Virus record (IMG/VR): IMGVR_UViG_3300023174_000050
Coordinates: 126,132-190,131 of that record
Strand: one strand, 5' to 3'
Source of the DNA: a virus
Length of the DNA stretch: 64,000 bases
In this document: piece after piece, positions 11,122 to 20,901 of the stretch
Layout of the letters: each line of letters starts with the position of its first letter
How positions within the stretch are numbered: position 1 is the stretch's first letter
Translations under genes and position numbers: made by a program
The notes under the pieces: model-generated
Seen by the model: the letters and a program-made list of their open reading frames with translations, nothing else
The model's database searches: none
What the model was told of the DNA's origin: nothing

Positions 11122-11849
11122 TGAGTAAAAAAGTAACAATCATCACACCAACAACAGGTTCACTTTATCTTAAAGAAAATTTGTTATCTGTTGCAGAGCA
11201 AACTTATGACAACATTGAACATCTTGTGGTAATTGATGGAACAAAATTTACCCCGAAGGTATCTTCAAATTGGACGGTTAAATCTAAAGCCACATTTATG
11301 CAATTACCACATAATACGGGACACAGTCAATATAATGGTCATAGAATTTATGGAGCAATACCATTTCTAATTGATTCAGACTATGTGCTGTTTTTGGATG
11401 AGGATAATTATATTAAACCCGATCATGTGGAGTCTTTAGTAAAAGTATGTGAAACAAATGACTGGGCATTTTCATTAAGAACTATTGTAGATCATGCAAG
11501 TAACTATGTATGCCTTGATGATTGTGAAAATTTAGGTAAGTGGCCTACTTGCTTAAGTGAACAAGAATATTTTGTAGATGTTGGAGCATACTTTTTACCC
11601 GTGCCGATAGCTGTTCAAATATCTCCTTTATGGTATCGCAGAGCAAGACATCCCGATGAACAACCAGAAGTAGATAGAATCATAATGCAAGTTCTTTTAG
11701 AACAAGGGTATTCTTATGATACTAATGGTAAATATACGTTACAATATAGAGTGGGTAATAGAGAAGATTCTGTTAAAGCCGATTTCTTTTTATGGGGTAA
11801 CGCGCAAATGGAAGCAAAGTATAAGAATGGATTCCCATGGAGAAAATAA
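11121..11849 (+). CDS. GT2-family glycosyltransferase
   Basis: VTIITPT, QTYDNIEHLVVID, FLDEDN. Confidence 0.85.
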   Translation: MSKKVTIITPTTGSLYLKENLLSVAEQTYDNIEHLVVIDGTKFTPKVSSNWTVKSKATFMQLPHNTGHSQYNGHRIYGAIPFLIDSDYVLFLDEDNYIKPDHVESLVKVCETNDWAFSLRTIVDHASNYVCLDDCENLGKWPTCLSEQEYFVDVGAYFLPVPIAVQISPLWYRRARHPDEQPEVDRIIMQVLLEQGYSYDTNGKYTLQYRVGNREDSVKADFFLWGNAQMEAKYKNGFPWRK

Positions 11850-12583
11850 AACAAACAATACTACATACACATTCTGGGTTAGGTGATACTTTATGTCTAT
11901 ATGGCATGGTAAAATATTTACTAGATACTAAGTATGAAAATATCTATTTAGTATGTAAAGATACCTATCTAGATTCCATCGCACATCTTTATAAAGATGA
12001 TGATAATGTACATATTATTTCTATGCCTAATCCGGGTAACGATATGGCACAAGAAATGGCATACGCAGCCCATTTTTCTGAGACAGAAAATATACCTATT
12101 ATACGAATAGGATTTGAGAACTTACAGCAACCTTTTCATTATTCTCAATTTTTTAATCAACTGTCGGTACCATACGAAACCAGTTGGAATAATTTTCCGC
12201 ACTTTGATTCTACGGATGAATCAAAAGAATTATATAAATCTTTAGATTTGGATGGAAAAGAATATGCGCTTTTAATTAATGAAAATTCATATGGTAAAAG
12301 CGATTTAAAAGTAACAACAGATTTACACACAGTATTACTACATAAAACTGAATTGGGTACAGGAGTATTTGATTGGTTGGATGTAATTAGAAATGCTTCT
12401 GTAATACATAGTGTAGGTACAGGACCCTTTCATCTTGTGGATCGCCTAGATAATTTAAAGGCAGTTGATAACTTATATTTTCACAATGTCAGAGATGACT
12501 TTAAAACAATTAGCACGCGTTTAGAATGGAATTTAATTGAATATGAACAAACATCACTTGGTTATTGGCGATCTGATACTTGA
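11837..12583 (+). CDS. hypothetical protein, putative glycosyltransferase
   Basis: HSGLGD N-terminal motif; operon context. Confidence 0.45.
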   Translation: MEKIKQTILHTHSGLGDTLCLYGMVKYLLDTKYENIYLVCKDTYLDSIAHLYKDDDNVHIISMPNPGNDMAQEMAYAAHFSETENIPIIRIGFENLQQPFHYSQFFNQLSVPYETSWNNFPHFDSTDESKELYKSLDLDGKEYALLINENSYGKSDLKVTTDLHTVLLHKTELGTGVFDWLDVIRNASVIHSVGTGPFHLVDRLDNLKAVDNLYFHNVRDDFKTISTRLEWNLIEYEQTSLGYWRSDT

Positions 12584-13475
12584 TAGATTTATCTATGGCA
12601 ATGCCAATAGAATATCTGCAGAAGCACCTTCATTAGTTTTAGATGTAGAAGAAGAAATAGATATGCTCGGTGGAGCATATAATGTTGCGGCTCATATAAG
12701 TTCTTTAGGTCATACTTGTAGTTTTGTAACTGTTACTGGTACAGATTTTGAATACAAGTATGAAAATTTTAAAGACAAATTTCATACAAAATGTAATCCT
12801 CTTATTTTAGGAGAGGAAAATCGTAGAACTTCCGTAAAAACTAGATTAATTTCTAAATATAAAAATACTCATTTATTAAGATATGATGATGAAACAATAC
12901 GGGATATTGATGAACAGAATAGATTAAACATACTTTCCTATATAGATAGTAAAAAAAATGAGATTGATGATATCATTATTATTGATTATAAAAAGGGAGT
13001 TGTTACAAAAGATCTTGCTGGAGTAATTATTAGATTTGCCAATCAAAATAACATACCTGTATATGTTGATACTAAGAAAGATGACTTAGGATGCTTTGAG
13101 GGATGCAATATTATTAAACCTAACAAGTATGAGTTTGAGAAAATTAAATTAAGATATGCCCCAGATTGTGAAATAGAAGAAGCTTGTAAAATAATTTGCG
13201 ATAAGTTAAATATAAAAAGAATTGTTGTTACTGCAGGGAATGAAGGTATATATGCGTATGATATAAATGAAGGACTTATTCATTCTGAGGCAATAAAGGT
13301 TGAAGTAAAGGAATTAAGCGGTGCAGGTGATTCTGTTCTTGCAGTATTAAGTTATTGTTTTTCTGAAGGTTACTCGTTTGCCAGTAGCGTGGATTATGCA
13401 AATAAACTGGCAGCAAAATTTGTTTCTTCAGGGATACAGTATAGAGCAAAAAAAGAAGATTTATTTGGAAGATAA
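12543..13475 (+). CDS. HldE/RfaE kinase-domain-like PfkB sugar kinase
   Basis: VIGDLILD, RISAEAP, GGAYNVA, IDYKKG, SGAGDSV. Confidence 0.85.
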   Translation: MNKHHLVIGDLILDRFIYGNANRISAEAPSLVLDVEEEIDMLGGAYNVAAHISSLGHTCSFVTVTGTDFEYKYENFKDKFHTKCNPLILGEENRRTSVKTRLISKYKNTHLLRYDDETIRDIDEQNRLNILSYIDSKKNEIDDIIIIDYKKGVVTKDLAGVIIRFANQNNIPVYVDTKKDDLGCFEGCNIIKPNKYEFEKIKLRYAPDCEIEEACKIICDKLNIKRIVVTAGNEGIYAYDINEGLIHSEAIKVEVKELSGAGDSVLAVLSYCFSEGYSFASSVDYANKLAAKFVSSGIQYRAKKEDLFGR

Positions 13476-13476
13476 T

Positions 13477-14484
13477 ATGAAACAATTTACAGCAGCAGTA
13501 TTAAGGGAACATTATAAACCTTTAACCATAGAAACATTTAATGCAGAACAACCTCGCAAAGGCCAAGTTCTAGTAAAGATGATTACCTCTGGTTTATGCG
13601 GCGCACAAATTAATGAGATAGATGCAGTAAAGGGACAGGACAAATACCTACCTCATTTTATGGGACACGAAGGATTTGGACAAGTTATTGCTTTCGGCGA
13701 AGATGTTACTACAGTAAAAAAAGATGACTATGTTGTCCTACACTGGAAAATAGGAAGCGGTTGCGATTGTTTTGGTGGGAAGTATTTTAGCAAATTAGGT
13801 ATAGTAGGTTCGGGTCCTGTGACTACTTTTGCAGAACAAACAATCGTTGCTGAAAATAGAGTAACACGAGTTGAGTTTGATACTGCATTAACCAATCTGT
13901 ATCCTTTAATGGGATGTGCATTATCCACCGCATATGGAATTGTAAAATCAGATATTAAACCCGACTCATCTGTTTTGATTACCGGGGCAGGCGGATTGGG
14001 ATTAACTATTGCATTCTGGCTAAAAGTGTTATATAATACTAATGTAGTTGTGATGGACAAGTATGAATCTAAAGAAAAATATGTTAAAGAATTTGGTGCT
14101 ACATTTGTTACCCCCGAAAAATTAAATGCGGATAAGTATGACTATGTGGTTGACACCACCGGGAATGTAGACGTTATTTCCATAGGATTTTCTTTAATTA
14201 AAAAGAAAGGTTCTTTGATACTTGTAGGCCAACCTAGAGTTGGAACAGATTTAGTTTTAAAGAATGCATTATCTATATTTGACGGAATAAAAATATTTAG
14301 TTCAGATGGTGGAAATTTTGTTCCAGATGCAGATCTTCCGAACATTATTAAACACGTAAAGAATAATTTAAGTATGGCTAATAAATTAATTACCCATACT
14401 ATAAAACTAGAAGATATTAACGAAGGCTTTGCCAAAATGAGGGGCGGCGAAGCAGGAAGAATTATTATTAATTTTAAGGAGTAA
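13477..14484 (+). CDS. Zn-dependent alcohol dehydrogenase (MDR family)
   Basis: GLCG and GHEGFG zinc motifs, ITGAGGLG Rossmann motif; ATG at 13477. Confidence 0.85.
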   Translation: MKQFTAAVLREHYKPLTIETFNAEQPRKGQVLVKMITSGLCGAQINEIDAVKGQDKYLPHFMGHEGFGQVIAFGEDVTTVKKDDYVVLHWKIGSGCDCFGGKYFSKLGIVGSGPVTTFAEQTIVAENRVTRVEFDTALTNLYPLMGCALSTAYGIVKSDIKPDSSVLITGAGGLGLTIAFWLKVLYNTNVVVMDKYESKEKYVKEFGATFVTPEKLNADKYDYVVDTTGNVDVISIGFSLIKKKGSLILVGQPRVGTDLVLKNALSIFDGIKIFSSDGGNFVPDADLPNIIKHVKNNLSMANKLITHTIKLEDINEGFAKMRGGEAGRIIINFKE

Positions 14485-14486
14485 GA

Positions 14487-15689
14487 ATGAGAAAAACATG
14501 GACAGAACAAGAGCTTATTGCTTTTGAAGATAGGATCGGCGAATTATATTTAGATAATAAATTGCCATTTTTGTTTCATTTATCTGGTGGCAATGAAAAA
14601 GAATTAATTGATATTTTTAAAGATATCAAAGAAGGCGATTATGTTATTTCTAATCATAGAAGCCACTATCATGCATTGCTCCATGGCATTCCCCCCGAAG
14701 TGGTTGAGGATAGAATTTTAAATGGTCGTAGTATGTTTATCTATGATCGTGAAAGAAACTTTTTCTGTTCTGCTATTATTGGTGGCACTCCCGCAATTGC
14801 TGCAGGTATTGCCTGGGCATTGAAACGTAAAGGATCCGATAAAAAGGTATGGTGTTTTATTGGCGATGGCACAGAAGATAATGGTCACACATATGAAGCA
14901 ATTCGGTATGTAGATGGTTGGGATTTACCGTGTAAATTTGTAATTGAAAATAACAATCGTTCTGTGGAAGCATCCAACGAAGAGCGTTGGGGCAAGCAAG
15001 CAGACTATGTTTGGAACTCACCTTCAGTAATTAAGTATTACTATAACATCACATATCCTCATGCTAGAAAACCCGGTATGATTGATTTATCTAAAGCTGT
15101 TAAGAAAACTGACGATGATTACTTTCCTAAGTTGCCAGAAATATCCTATCCAAACATTACTGGATCTGGTCTAAGTTATAAAGAAACAGCAACAAAAGTT
15201 ATGACAGAGTTAGGCAATGAAGGTTTTATCTTTGTTGGTTATAATGTTAACAATGCCCCAGGCGGTAATGCTATGGGCACACTTAAAAATGTTCCAGACA
15301 ATCAAAAATTAGAAACGCCTGTTGCTGAAAATTTAATGGCTGGACTTTGTATCGGTATGAGTTTTGAAGGATATAAACCTGTACTATATATTGAACGACA
15401 TGATTTTATTCTAGTTGCAATGGATGCTATTGTAAACCATATTGATAAGATTGAGCGTATATCTCATGGCGAGTATAAAGTCCCAGTTATTATTAGAGCA
15501 GTTACTGCCGATGCTGGTCCTTTCTATTCAGGCATTACCCATACACAAGACTTTACTAATATGTTTAAGGCAGCTGTTAGTATTCCAGTTTATGATCCTG
15601 TAACAGGAAATGATTTAGAAGAAGCATATGCTAAAGCAAAATATAGTGGCAGACCTGCTATCATTGTTGAAAGAAAGTCTAGATATTGA
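14487..15689 (+). CDS. fused TPP-dependent E1 alpha + E1 beta/transketolase pyrimidine-binding domain protein
   Basis: HLSGGNE, HRSH, GDG...ENN TPP motif, then TPVAENLMAG and PVIIRA. Confidence 0.75.
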   Translation: MRKTWTEQELIAFEDRIGELYLDNKLPFLFHLSGGNEKELIDIFKDIKEGDYVISNHRSHYHALLHGIPPEVVEDRILNGRSMFIYDRERNFFCSAIIGGTPAIAAGIAWALKRKGSDKKVWCFIGDGTEDNGHTYEAIRYVDGWDLPCKFVIENNNRSVEASNEERWGKQADYVWNSPSVIKYYYNITYPHARKPGMIDLSKAVKKTDDDYFPKLPEISYPNITGSGLSYKETATKVMTELGNEGFIFVGYNVNNAPGGNAMGTLKNVPDNQKLETPVAENLMAGLCIGMSFEGYKPVLYIERHDFILVAMDAIVNHIDKIERISHGEYKVPVIIRAVTADAGPFYSGITHTQDFTNMFKAAVSIPVYDPVTGNDLEEAYAKAKYSGRPAIIVERKSRY

Positions 15690-16522
15690 TGGAAAAATAT
15701 TATGTCGAGGATAGCGAATTTAATTATATTCGTTATAATAGTTTACCGATTCTTGCAGACCATATATTAGATCATCCTGTAGAATACTATAAAGGATGGG
15801 GTGTTACTGTTGCACATAATAAACCTATAGGATTAGGTGAAGTAGAACAGTATCATTCTGTTTTTGTTAATGCGGATTTAATAGAACAGTATATAGATAC
15901 ACTTACTAGTATTACGGTACCATATCATTTAATAACCGGCAATGCCGATAGAATAATACCAGATGAGACAATACAAAGAGTATTGCAAACTAAAATTGTA
16001 ACTTGGACTGCTCATAACTGTAAAAAGATTGATGAAAGATTTTTACAAATACCAATGGGCTTTACAGAAATGGGGTCTCAAAGGCCTAACAGTTTTACTG
16101 AGTATATGGAATGCCCAAAAGAAAAATTAATTCCAGTTATAGTAACTCCGTTTGGTGCTACTCATGGTAGTAGATCTGATCTTAATAATTTATATGGAGA
16201 TGGAATTTTAAATTTAAAAGGCAGAATAGATTATGAGCAGTTTTTAACATTGCTTTCAATATCTAAATATTCTTGCTGCCCTCGAGGCAATGCTTTGGAT
16301 TCTCATAGATTTGTAGAATCCATATTATGCAATAGTATACCTATAGTAATGACTTCTGATTTAGATCCTGTGTATAAAGAAATGGGCGCAATTATAGTAA
16401 ATGATTGGAACGAATGTAAAGATATTGAAAATTTGCCGACACCTATTTTAAATCGCGATGTAATAACAATGCAATATTGGCAAGATAAAATTACAGAACA
16501 TCAACAAAAATATGAAAGATAA
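15686..16522 (+). CDS. exostosin/GT47-like glycosyltransferase
   Basis: SKYSCCPRGNALDSHRFVESILCNSIPIV. Confidence 0.6.
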   Translation: MMEKYYVEDSEFNYIRYNSLPILADHILDHPVEYYKGWGVTVAHNKPIGLGEVEQYHSVFVNADLIEQYIDTLTSITVPYHLITGNADRIIPDETIQRVLQTKIVTWTAHNCKKIDERFLQIPMGFTEMGSQRPNSFTEYMECPKEKLIPVIVTPFGATHGSRSDLNNLYGDGILNLKGRIDYEQFLTLLSISKYSCCPRGNALDSHRFVESILCNSIPIVMTSDLDPVYKEMGAIIVNDWNECKDIENLPTPILNRDVITMQYWQDKITEHQQKYER

Positions 16523-16524
16523 TA

Positions 16525-17346
16525 ATGTACAATACAAATCCTGAATATCTTACACTTAAAAAATTAACTAATATCTTAGGAATTCAAGGTGGCTTGATAT
16601 TAGATATAGGTGCTCATGATGGTATATCTGGTTCTTGTGCATATCCATTTTGGAAAGATGAAACCGATAAATGGAAAGGCATAGCTGTAGAAATAGATCC
16701 TACAAGATGTGAAATCATGAAAAGTTCTTATGCTGGATTAACTGTTGCCGTAGAAAATATGAAGGTTACTCCTGAAAATATTGTAGAACTTTTAGATGGT
16801 TATGACATAGACGAAGGAATAACTATTATGAATATTGACATTGACTCATATGATTTAGAAGTTGCTGATACAATGTTAACTGCAGGATATAGACCTGGAA
16901 TTATAACTATTGAAGTTAATCCTATTATACCTCCTCCTATATATTTTGAAGTTTTATATCATCCTGAGCAGCATCATAGAGCAAACAATTTCTTTGGTTG
17001 TTCAATAACTGCAGCAATAGAAAAAGTTATACCACATGGTTATGTTCTATATTCTTATGAAATAGGAAATGCTTTCTTTATACGAGAAGATTATGCTAGA
17101 AATAAAATAAAAAATATTAGTGCAGATGAAGCATATGATATGGGATATAGAAAAATGTCAGATTGGAAAGATCACTTTTGGTACCACGAACCATTGAGGG
17201 AATGGTTAGATATGGATCCCAAAGTTGTTATAGAAGAACTAAGAAAACATTTTACAGATATTATCAATGGCGAAGGTCCTCACGTCAATCCTAGTTGGAC
17301 TGGCAAATATTGGTGGGAACCTAAATATATTTTAGAAATGAGGTAA
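16525..17346 (+). CDS. FkbM-like methyltransferase
   Basis: LDIGAHDG, IAVE, NIDIDSYD. Confidence 0.7.
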   Translation: MYNTNPEYLTLKKLTNILGIQGGLILDIGAHDGISGSCAYPFWKDETDKWKGIAVEIDPTRCEIMKSSYAGLTVAVENMKVTPENIVELLDGYDIDEGITIMNIDIDSYDLEVADTMLTAGYRPGIITIEVNPIIPPPIYFEVLYHPEQHHRANNFFGCSITAAIEKVIPHGYVLYSYEIGNAFFIREDYARNKIKNISADEAYDMGYRKMSDWKDHFWYHEPLREWLDMDPKVVIEELRKHFTDIINGEGPHVNPSWTGKYWWEPKYILEMR

Positions 17347-17348
17347 TA

Positions 17349-17639
17349 ATGATTAATTACAAATATAATGAAGATGCTCTTTTAATAGAACTAAAAGAAT
17401 ATATTGATGCAACATATGGTCAGCATTATTCTCAAAATAAATTTCAAACAACTGAATTTATAATTGACAGCGGCCACGGTGTAGGGTTTACCGTTGGTAA
17501 CATAATGAAGTATACCCAAAGATATGGAAAGAAAGCCGGAAGGAATAGACAAGACATACAAAAGGTGTTACACTATGCTTTAATGCTGTTATATACGCAT
17601 GACATTGAAACCAAGGAGCTATACAATGCAAATAAGTAA
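17349..17639 (+). CDS. DUF3310-like protein (putative nucleotide kinase)
   Basis: HYSQ, GFTVGNIMKYTQRYGKK motif. Confidence 0.65.
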   Translation: MINYKYNEDALLIELKEYIDATYGQHYSQNKFQTTEFIIDSGHGVGFTVGNIMKYTQRYGKKAGRNRQDIQKVLHYALMLLYTHDIETKELYNANK

Positions 17640-18282
17640 TGAGACGATTCAAATTTTAAAGAACTTTGCTACAATCAATAGTAACATATTGATTCGAAAA
17701 GGCAAGGTATTATCAACAATTAGTACAGCAAAAAATATTTTTGCTCGTGCAGAAGTAACCGAGGACTTCCCTGAGGAGGTTGCGGTATATGATTTAAATT
17801 CTTTGTTGGCATTGCTGACATTAATGGAAAATCAAAATGTAGAATTTGGCGATAAGAGCTTAACCATTTCTAAAGACAATGGTAAGTTCGAATATTTTTA
17901 TTCGGCACCAAATGTAATCGTAGCAGCCCCTGCTAAAGAAATTGAAATTGATACACACTATGAATTTAAATTGACTGCAGAAGATGTTAATATGATTATG
18001 AAGGCATCTGCTATTACGGGTGCTCCAACAATTACAATTTCAAGTAAGGGTGAAAATGTAACCTTGACCGTTGGTGATAAAAAGAACGATACTGCAAATA
18101 CCTATAAGAAAATTATTGGCACTAGTGAACATTCTTTTGATTGTCATATGGCAGTTGAAAACTTTAAGATTGTTCCTGATGCATATAATGTTACAATCTC
18201 AAAGAAAAAGGCATTTCAGTTTAAACATGCGACAAAGCCACTGGGATATTTTATAGCAATGGAACCTGATTCGGTGGTATAA
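17626..18282 (+). CDS. sliding clamp (T4 gp45-like)
   Basis: MQISNETIQILKNFATINSNILI; position upstream of the clamp loader; AGGAG RBS. Confidence 0.9.
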   Translation: MQISNETIQILKNFATINSNILIRKGKVLSTISTAKNIFARAEVTEDFPEEVAVYDLNSLLALLTLMENQNVEFGDKSLTISKDNGKFEYFYSAPNVIVAAPAKEIEIDTHYEFKLTAEDVNMIMKASAITGAPTITISSKGENVTLTVGDKKNDTANTYKKIIGTSEHSFDCHMAVENFKIVPDAYNVTISKKKAFQFKHATKPLGYFIAMEPDSVV

Positions 18283-18692
18283 TGAATGGACGTCGTTCTT
18301 TTGTTAAAGGCATCAGTTTGTTTGGTGCTTTGGGTGCTGGCTATGCTACAGCTCTTCTACAAGATAGAGTCACCCAAATGGCTAGCACCAGTGTACCTGA
18401 TGCTGATAGTAATCCTGTTGTTGAGGACATAAGTCACCTAGCTCCGCTAGGATCTACAACACTTATTCTTTCAGCAAACAATGAACCGCCACCGCCGCCG
18501 CCACCGATAACATCTAGTGATGGAACTATATTCACAACAACCGGCGGGTATTATAGCATGGTATCTTCTACATTACACATTAACAGTTCAGGTAATCCTG
18601 AACAAAATAATGTAAAAATGTCTGTGGGCAAAGATGATAGGTTGTGGATTGAAGTTGGTGGTAAGTGGCGCCGAGTTGCGCTTGACGCTTAA
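18282..18692 (+). CDS. hypothetical protein with Tat-like signal and poly-Pro stretch
   Basis: MNGRRSFVK followed by hydrophobic segment; PPPPPPP. Confidence 0.6.
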   Translation: MNGRRSFVKGISLFGALGAGYATALLQDRVTQMASTSVPDADSNPVVEDISHLAPLGSTTLILSANNEPPPPPPPITSSDGTIFTTTGGYYSMVSSTLHINSSGNPEQNNVKMSVGKDDRLWIEVGGKWRRVALDA

Positions 18693-18709
18693 AATATTAT
18701 GAGGTTATT

Positions 18710-19651
18710 ATGGATTATCGTGAAAATGAATTTTTGTGGGTTGAAAAGTATCGACCACGCAAATTAGAAGATTGTATTTTACCTGCAGATCAAAAGAACA
18801 TCTTTCATGAGATGTTGGCTAAGGGTGAAATACAGAATATGCTTTTATGCGGCGGCGCAGGTATGGGCAAGACCACAGTTGCCCGAGCATTATGTGAAGA
18901 GTTAGAAACAGATTATATCATCATTAACGGTTCGGAAGAATCTGGTATTGATGTTCTTCGTACTAAAATTAAACAGTTTGCATCTACTGTATCGTTCAGT
19001 GGTAAGCCAAAGGTTGTTATTTTAGACGAGGCAGACTATCTAAACCCTAATTCTACACAACCTGCATTGAGAGCATTTATAGAAGAGTTCTCAGCAAATT
19101 GTAGATTTATTTTAACCTGCAACTTTAAGAATAGAATTATTCCTCCACTTCATTCTAGAACTGCGGTTATTGAATTTAAACTTCCGAAGTCTGAAAAGCC
19201 AAAGATTGCCGCAGCATTCTTTAAACGTGTTACGGAAATCATGGGCATTGAAAAGATTGATGCCGATGGTAAAGTAATTGCAAAAGTTATTGAGAAACAC
19301 TTTCCCGATTATCGGCGAGTCTTGAATGAGCTACAACGATATTCAGCTTCGGGTAAAATTGACGAGGGCATCTTTGTTAATCTAGGTGAGTCCAATATGC
19401 AAGAACTAATCTCATCTTTAAAAGATGGTGATTGGAAGAAAATGCGTACTTGGGTTGTTAATAATATTGACAATGATCCCGGAACTATTTTTAGAAAACT
19501 ATATGATACATTAACGGATCAGGTTAAACAGGTTCCGCAACTTATTCTTCTGCTTGCTGATTATCAGTATAAAGCAGCATTCTGCGCAGATCAAGAAATT
19601 AATCTAGTAGCCTGCTTGACTGAGATTATGGCTGCGGTAGAATTTAAATGA
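18710..19651 (+). CDS. clamp loader ATPase subunit (T4 gp44-like)
   Basis: WVEKYRP, GGAGMGKT, DEADYL, SRT/RFILTCN. Confidence 0.95.
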   Translation: MDYRENEFLWVEKYRPRKLEDCILPADQKNIFHEMLAKGEIQNMLLCGGAGMGKTTVARALCEELETDYIIINGSEESGIDVLRTKIKQFASTVSFSGKPKVVILDEADYLNPNSTQPALRAFIEEFSANCRFILTCNFKNRIIPPLHSRTAVIEFKLPKSEKPKIAAAFFKRVTEIMGIEKIDADGKVIAKVIEKHFPDYRRVLNELQRYSASGKIDEGIFVNLGESNMQELISSLKDGDWKKMRTWVVNNIDNDPGTIFRKLYDTLTDQVKQVPQLILLLADYQYKAAFCADQEINLVACLTEIMAAVEFK

Positions 19652-19932
19652 TTGATTTATTTAGACCTACTTTTGAATGGATTCGTAATGATTATCGTAC
19701 TAATCGCTTTCGTTTTGCTGTTGAGCTCCTGGCTTGGTCTATTAGTGTTGGCTGCTCAATTACCATGGCACTCACAGTACCAACCCCTCCTCTTCTTTAC
19801 ATGTATCCTGTTTGGATCAGTGGTTGTGCCATGTATGCTTGGGCTGCATATACTAGGAAATCATTTGGCATGCTTGCCAATTATGTACTCTTAACAACTA
19901 TTGATACTATTGGTTTGGTGAGAATGCTATGA
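19648..19932 (+). CDS. small membrane protein
   Basis: Hydrophobic 94 aa ORF overlapping both neighbours by ATGA. Confidence 0.6.
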   Translation: MIDLFRPTFEWIRNDYRTNRFRFAVELLAWSISVGCSITMALTVPTPPLLYMYPVWISGCAMYAWAAYTRKSFGMLANYVLLTTIDTIGLVRML

Positions 19933-20372
19933 GTTTATTTGGAGAACCTGTAGTAAAACCTGTAGCAGAACCATATAAAGCGCCTGCTATATCTCCCTTT
20001 GATTTTATCAATGCAATTCATCATGGCAAAGATAATCTTATTGTGGACGATTGGTCTGAGAAACAATATAACCCCTATATCATTAATAAAGGATTATCAT
20101 ACGGTCACGATACAGTAATTCCTGCCAACGAGATGAATTCTCGCCCCCATTTGGACAAGATCCTACAATTTCATTTTCTTATAAATATTGTTAGGCCTCG
20201 GAAAAGATACAACAAATGGATCAAGGCCGAGAAGATCGATGATTTGGAAGTTGTCAAAGAATATCATGGCTACAGCACAGAAAAGGCCAAACAAGTTTTA
20301 CCACTTCTAAACTCTTCGATTATTGAAGATATGAAAAGAAAAATAACAAAAGGTGGTAGGAATGAGTACTAA
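19929..20372 (+). CDS. clamp loader small subunit (T4 gp62-like)
   Basis: SPFDFINAI, YNPYIINKGLS, RPRKRYNKW; gene order. Confidence 0.88.
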   Translation: MSLFGEPVVKPVAEPYKAPAISPFDFINAIHHGKDNLIVDDWSEKQYNPYIINKGLSYGHDTVIPANEMNSRPHLDKILQFHFLINIVRPRKRYNKWIKAEKIDDLEVVKEYHGYSTEKAKQVLPLLNSSIIEDMKRKITKGGRNEY

Positions 20373-20796
20373 TATGATCAATATTAATTTCTCTGGGTAT
20401 AAGCCCTTAGAAGTTACACTAACAGAACCCGACGATTTTTTAAAGGTAAGAGAAACCTTGACTAGAATAGGTGTGGCATCTAGAAAAGACAAAACACTAT
20501 TTCAATCTTGCCACATTCTACATAAACAAGGCCATTATTTTATAGTTCATTTTAAAGAGCTCTTTGCTCTAGATGGAAAGACTGCTGATCTATCAGACAA
20601 TGACCTGCAACGAAGAAACACTATTGCTAAATTATTAGTAGATTGGGGATTAGTTAAAATTAACGATCCTGATTTATTTAAAGATTATGCTCCGTTATCT
20701 CAAATTAAAGTTATTTCCCATAAAGAAAAAGATGACTGGAAATTGGAAACAAAGTATAATATTGGTAAGAAAAAATTAGGCAACGACAATAAATAA
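20362..20796 (+). CDS. regA: translational repressor RegA
   Basis: DDFLKVRETLTRIGVAS, QSCHILHKQG, YFIVHFKELFALDG. Confidence 0.95.
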   Translation: MSTNMININFSGYKPLEVTLTEPDDFLKVRETLTRIGVASRKDKTLFQSCHILHKQGHYFIVHFKELFALDGKTADLSDNDLQRRNTIAKLLVDWGLVKINDPDLFKDYAPLSQIKVISHKEKDDWKLETKYNIGKKKLGNDNK

Positions 20797-20878
20797 TTTT
20801 ATTCCCGGGATGGGAAAGGGTTGACGGATCCCAATAAAACCGTCACTTAACGCTACGCCGCAAGGGTAGTATTTTTAA

Positions 20879-20897
20879 CTCGCTTATTTAAGGAGAG
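20879..20897 (+). promoter_or_regulatory. ROSE-like RNA thermometer hairpin occluding the hsp20 SD
   Basis: CTC(G)CTT pairs with AAGGAG leaving a bulged G; contains U(U/C)GCU. Confidence 0.55.
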
Positions 20898-20901
20898 CAC
20901 T

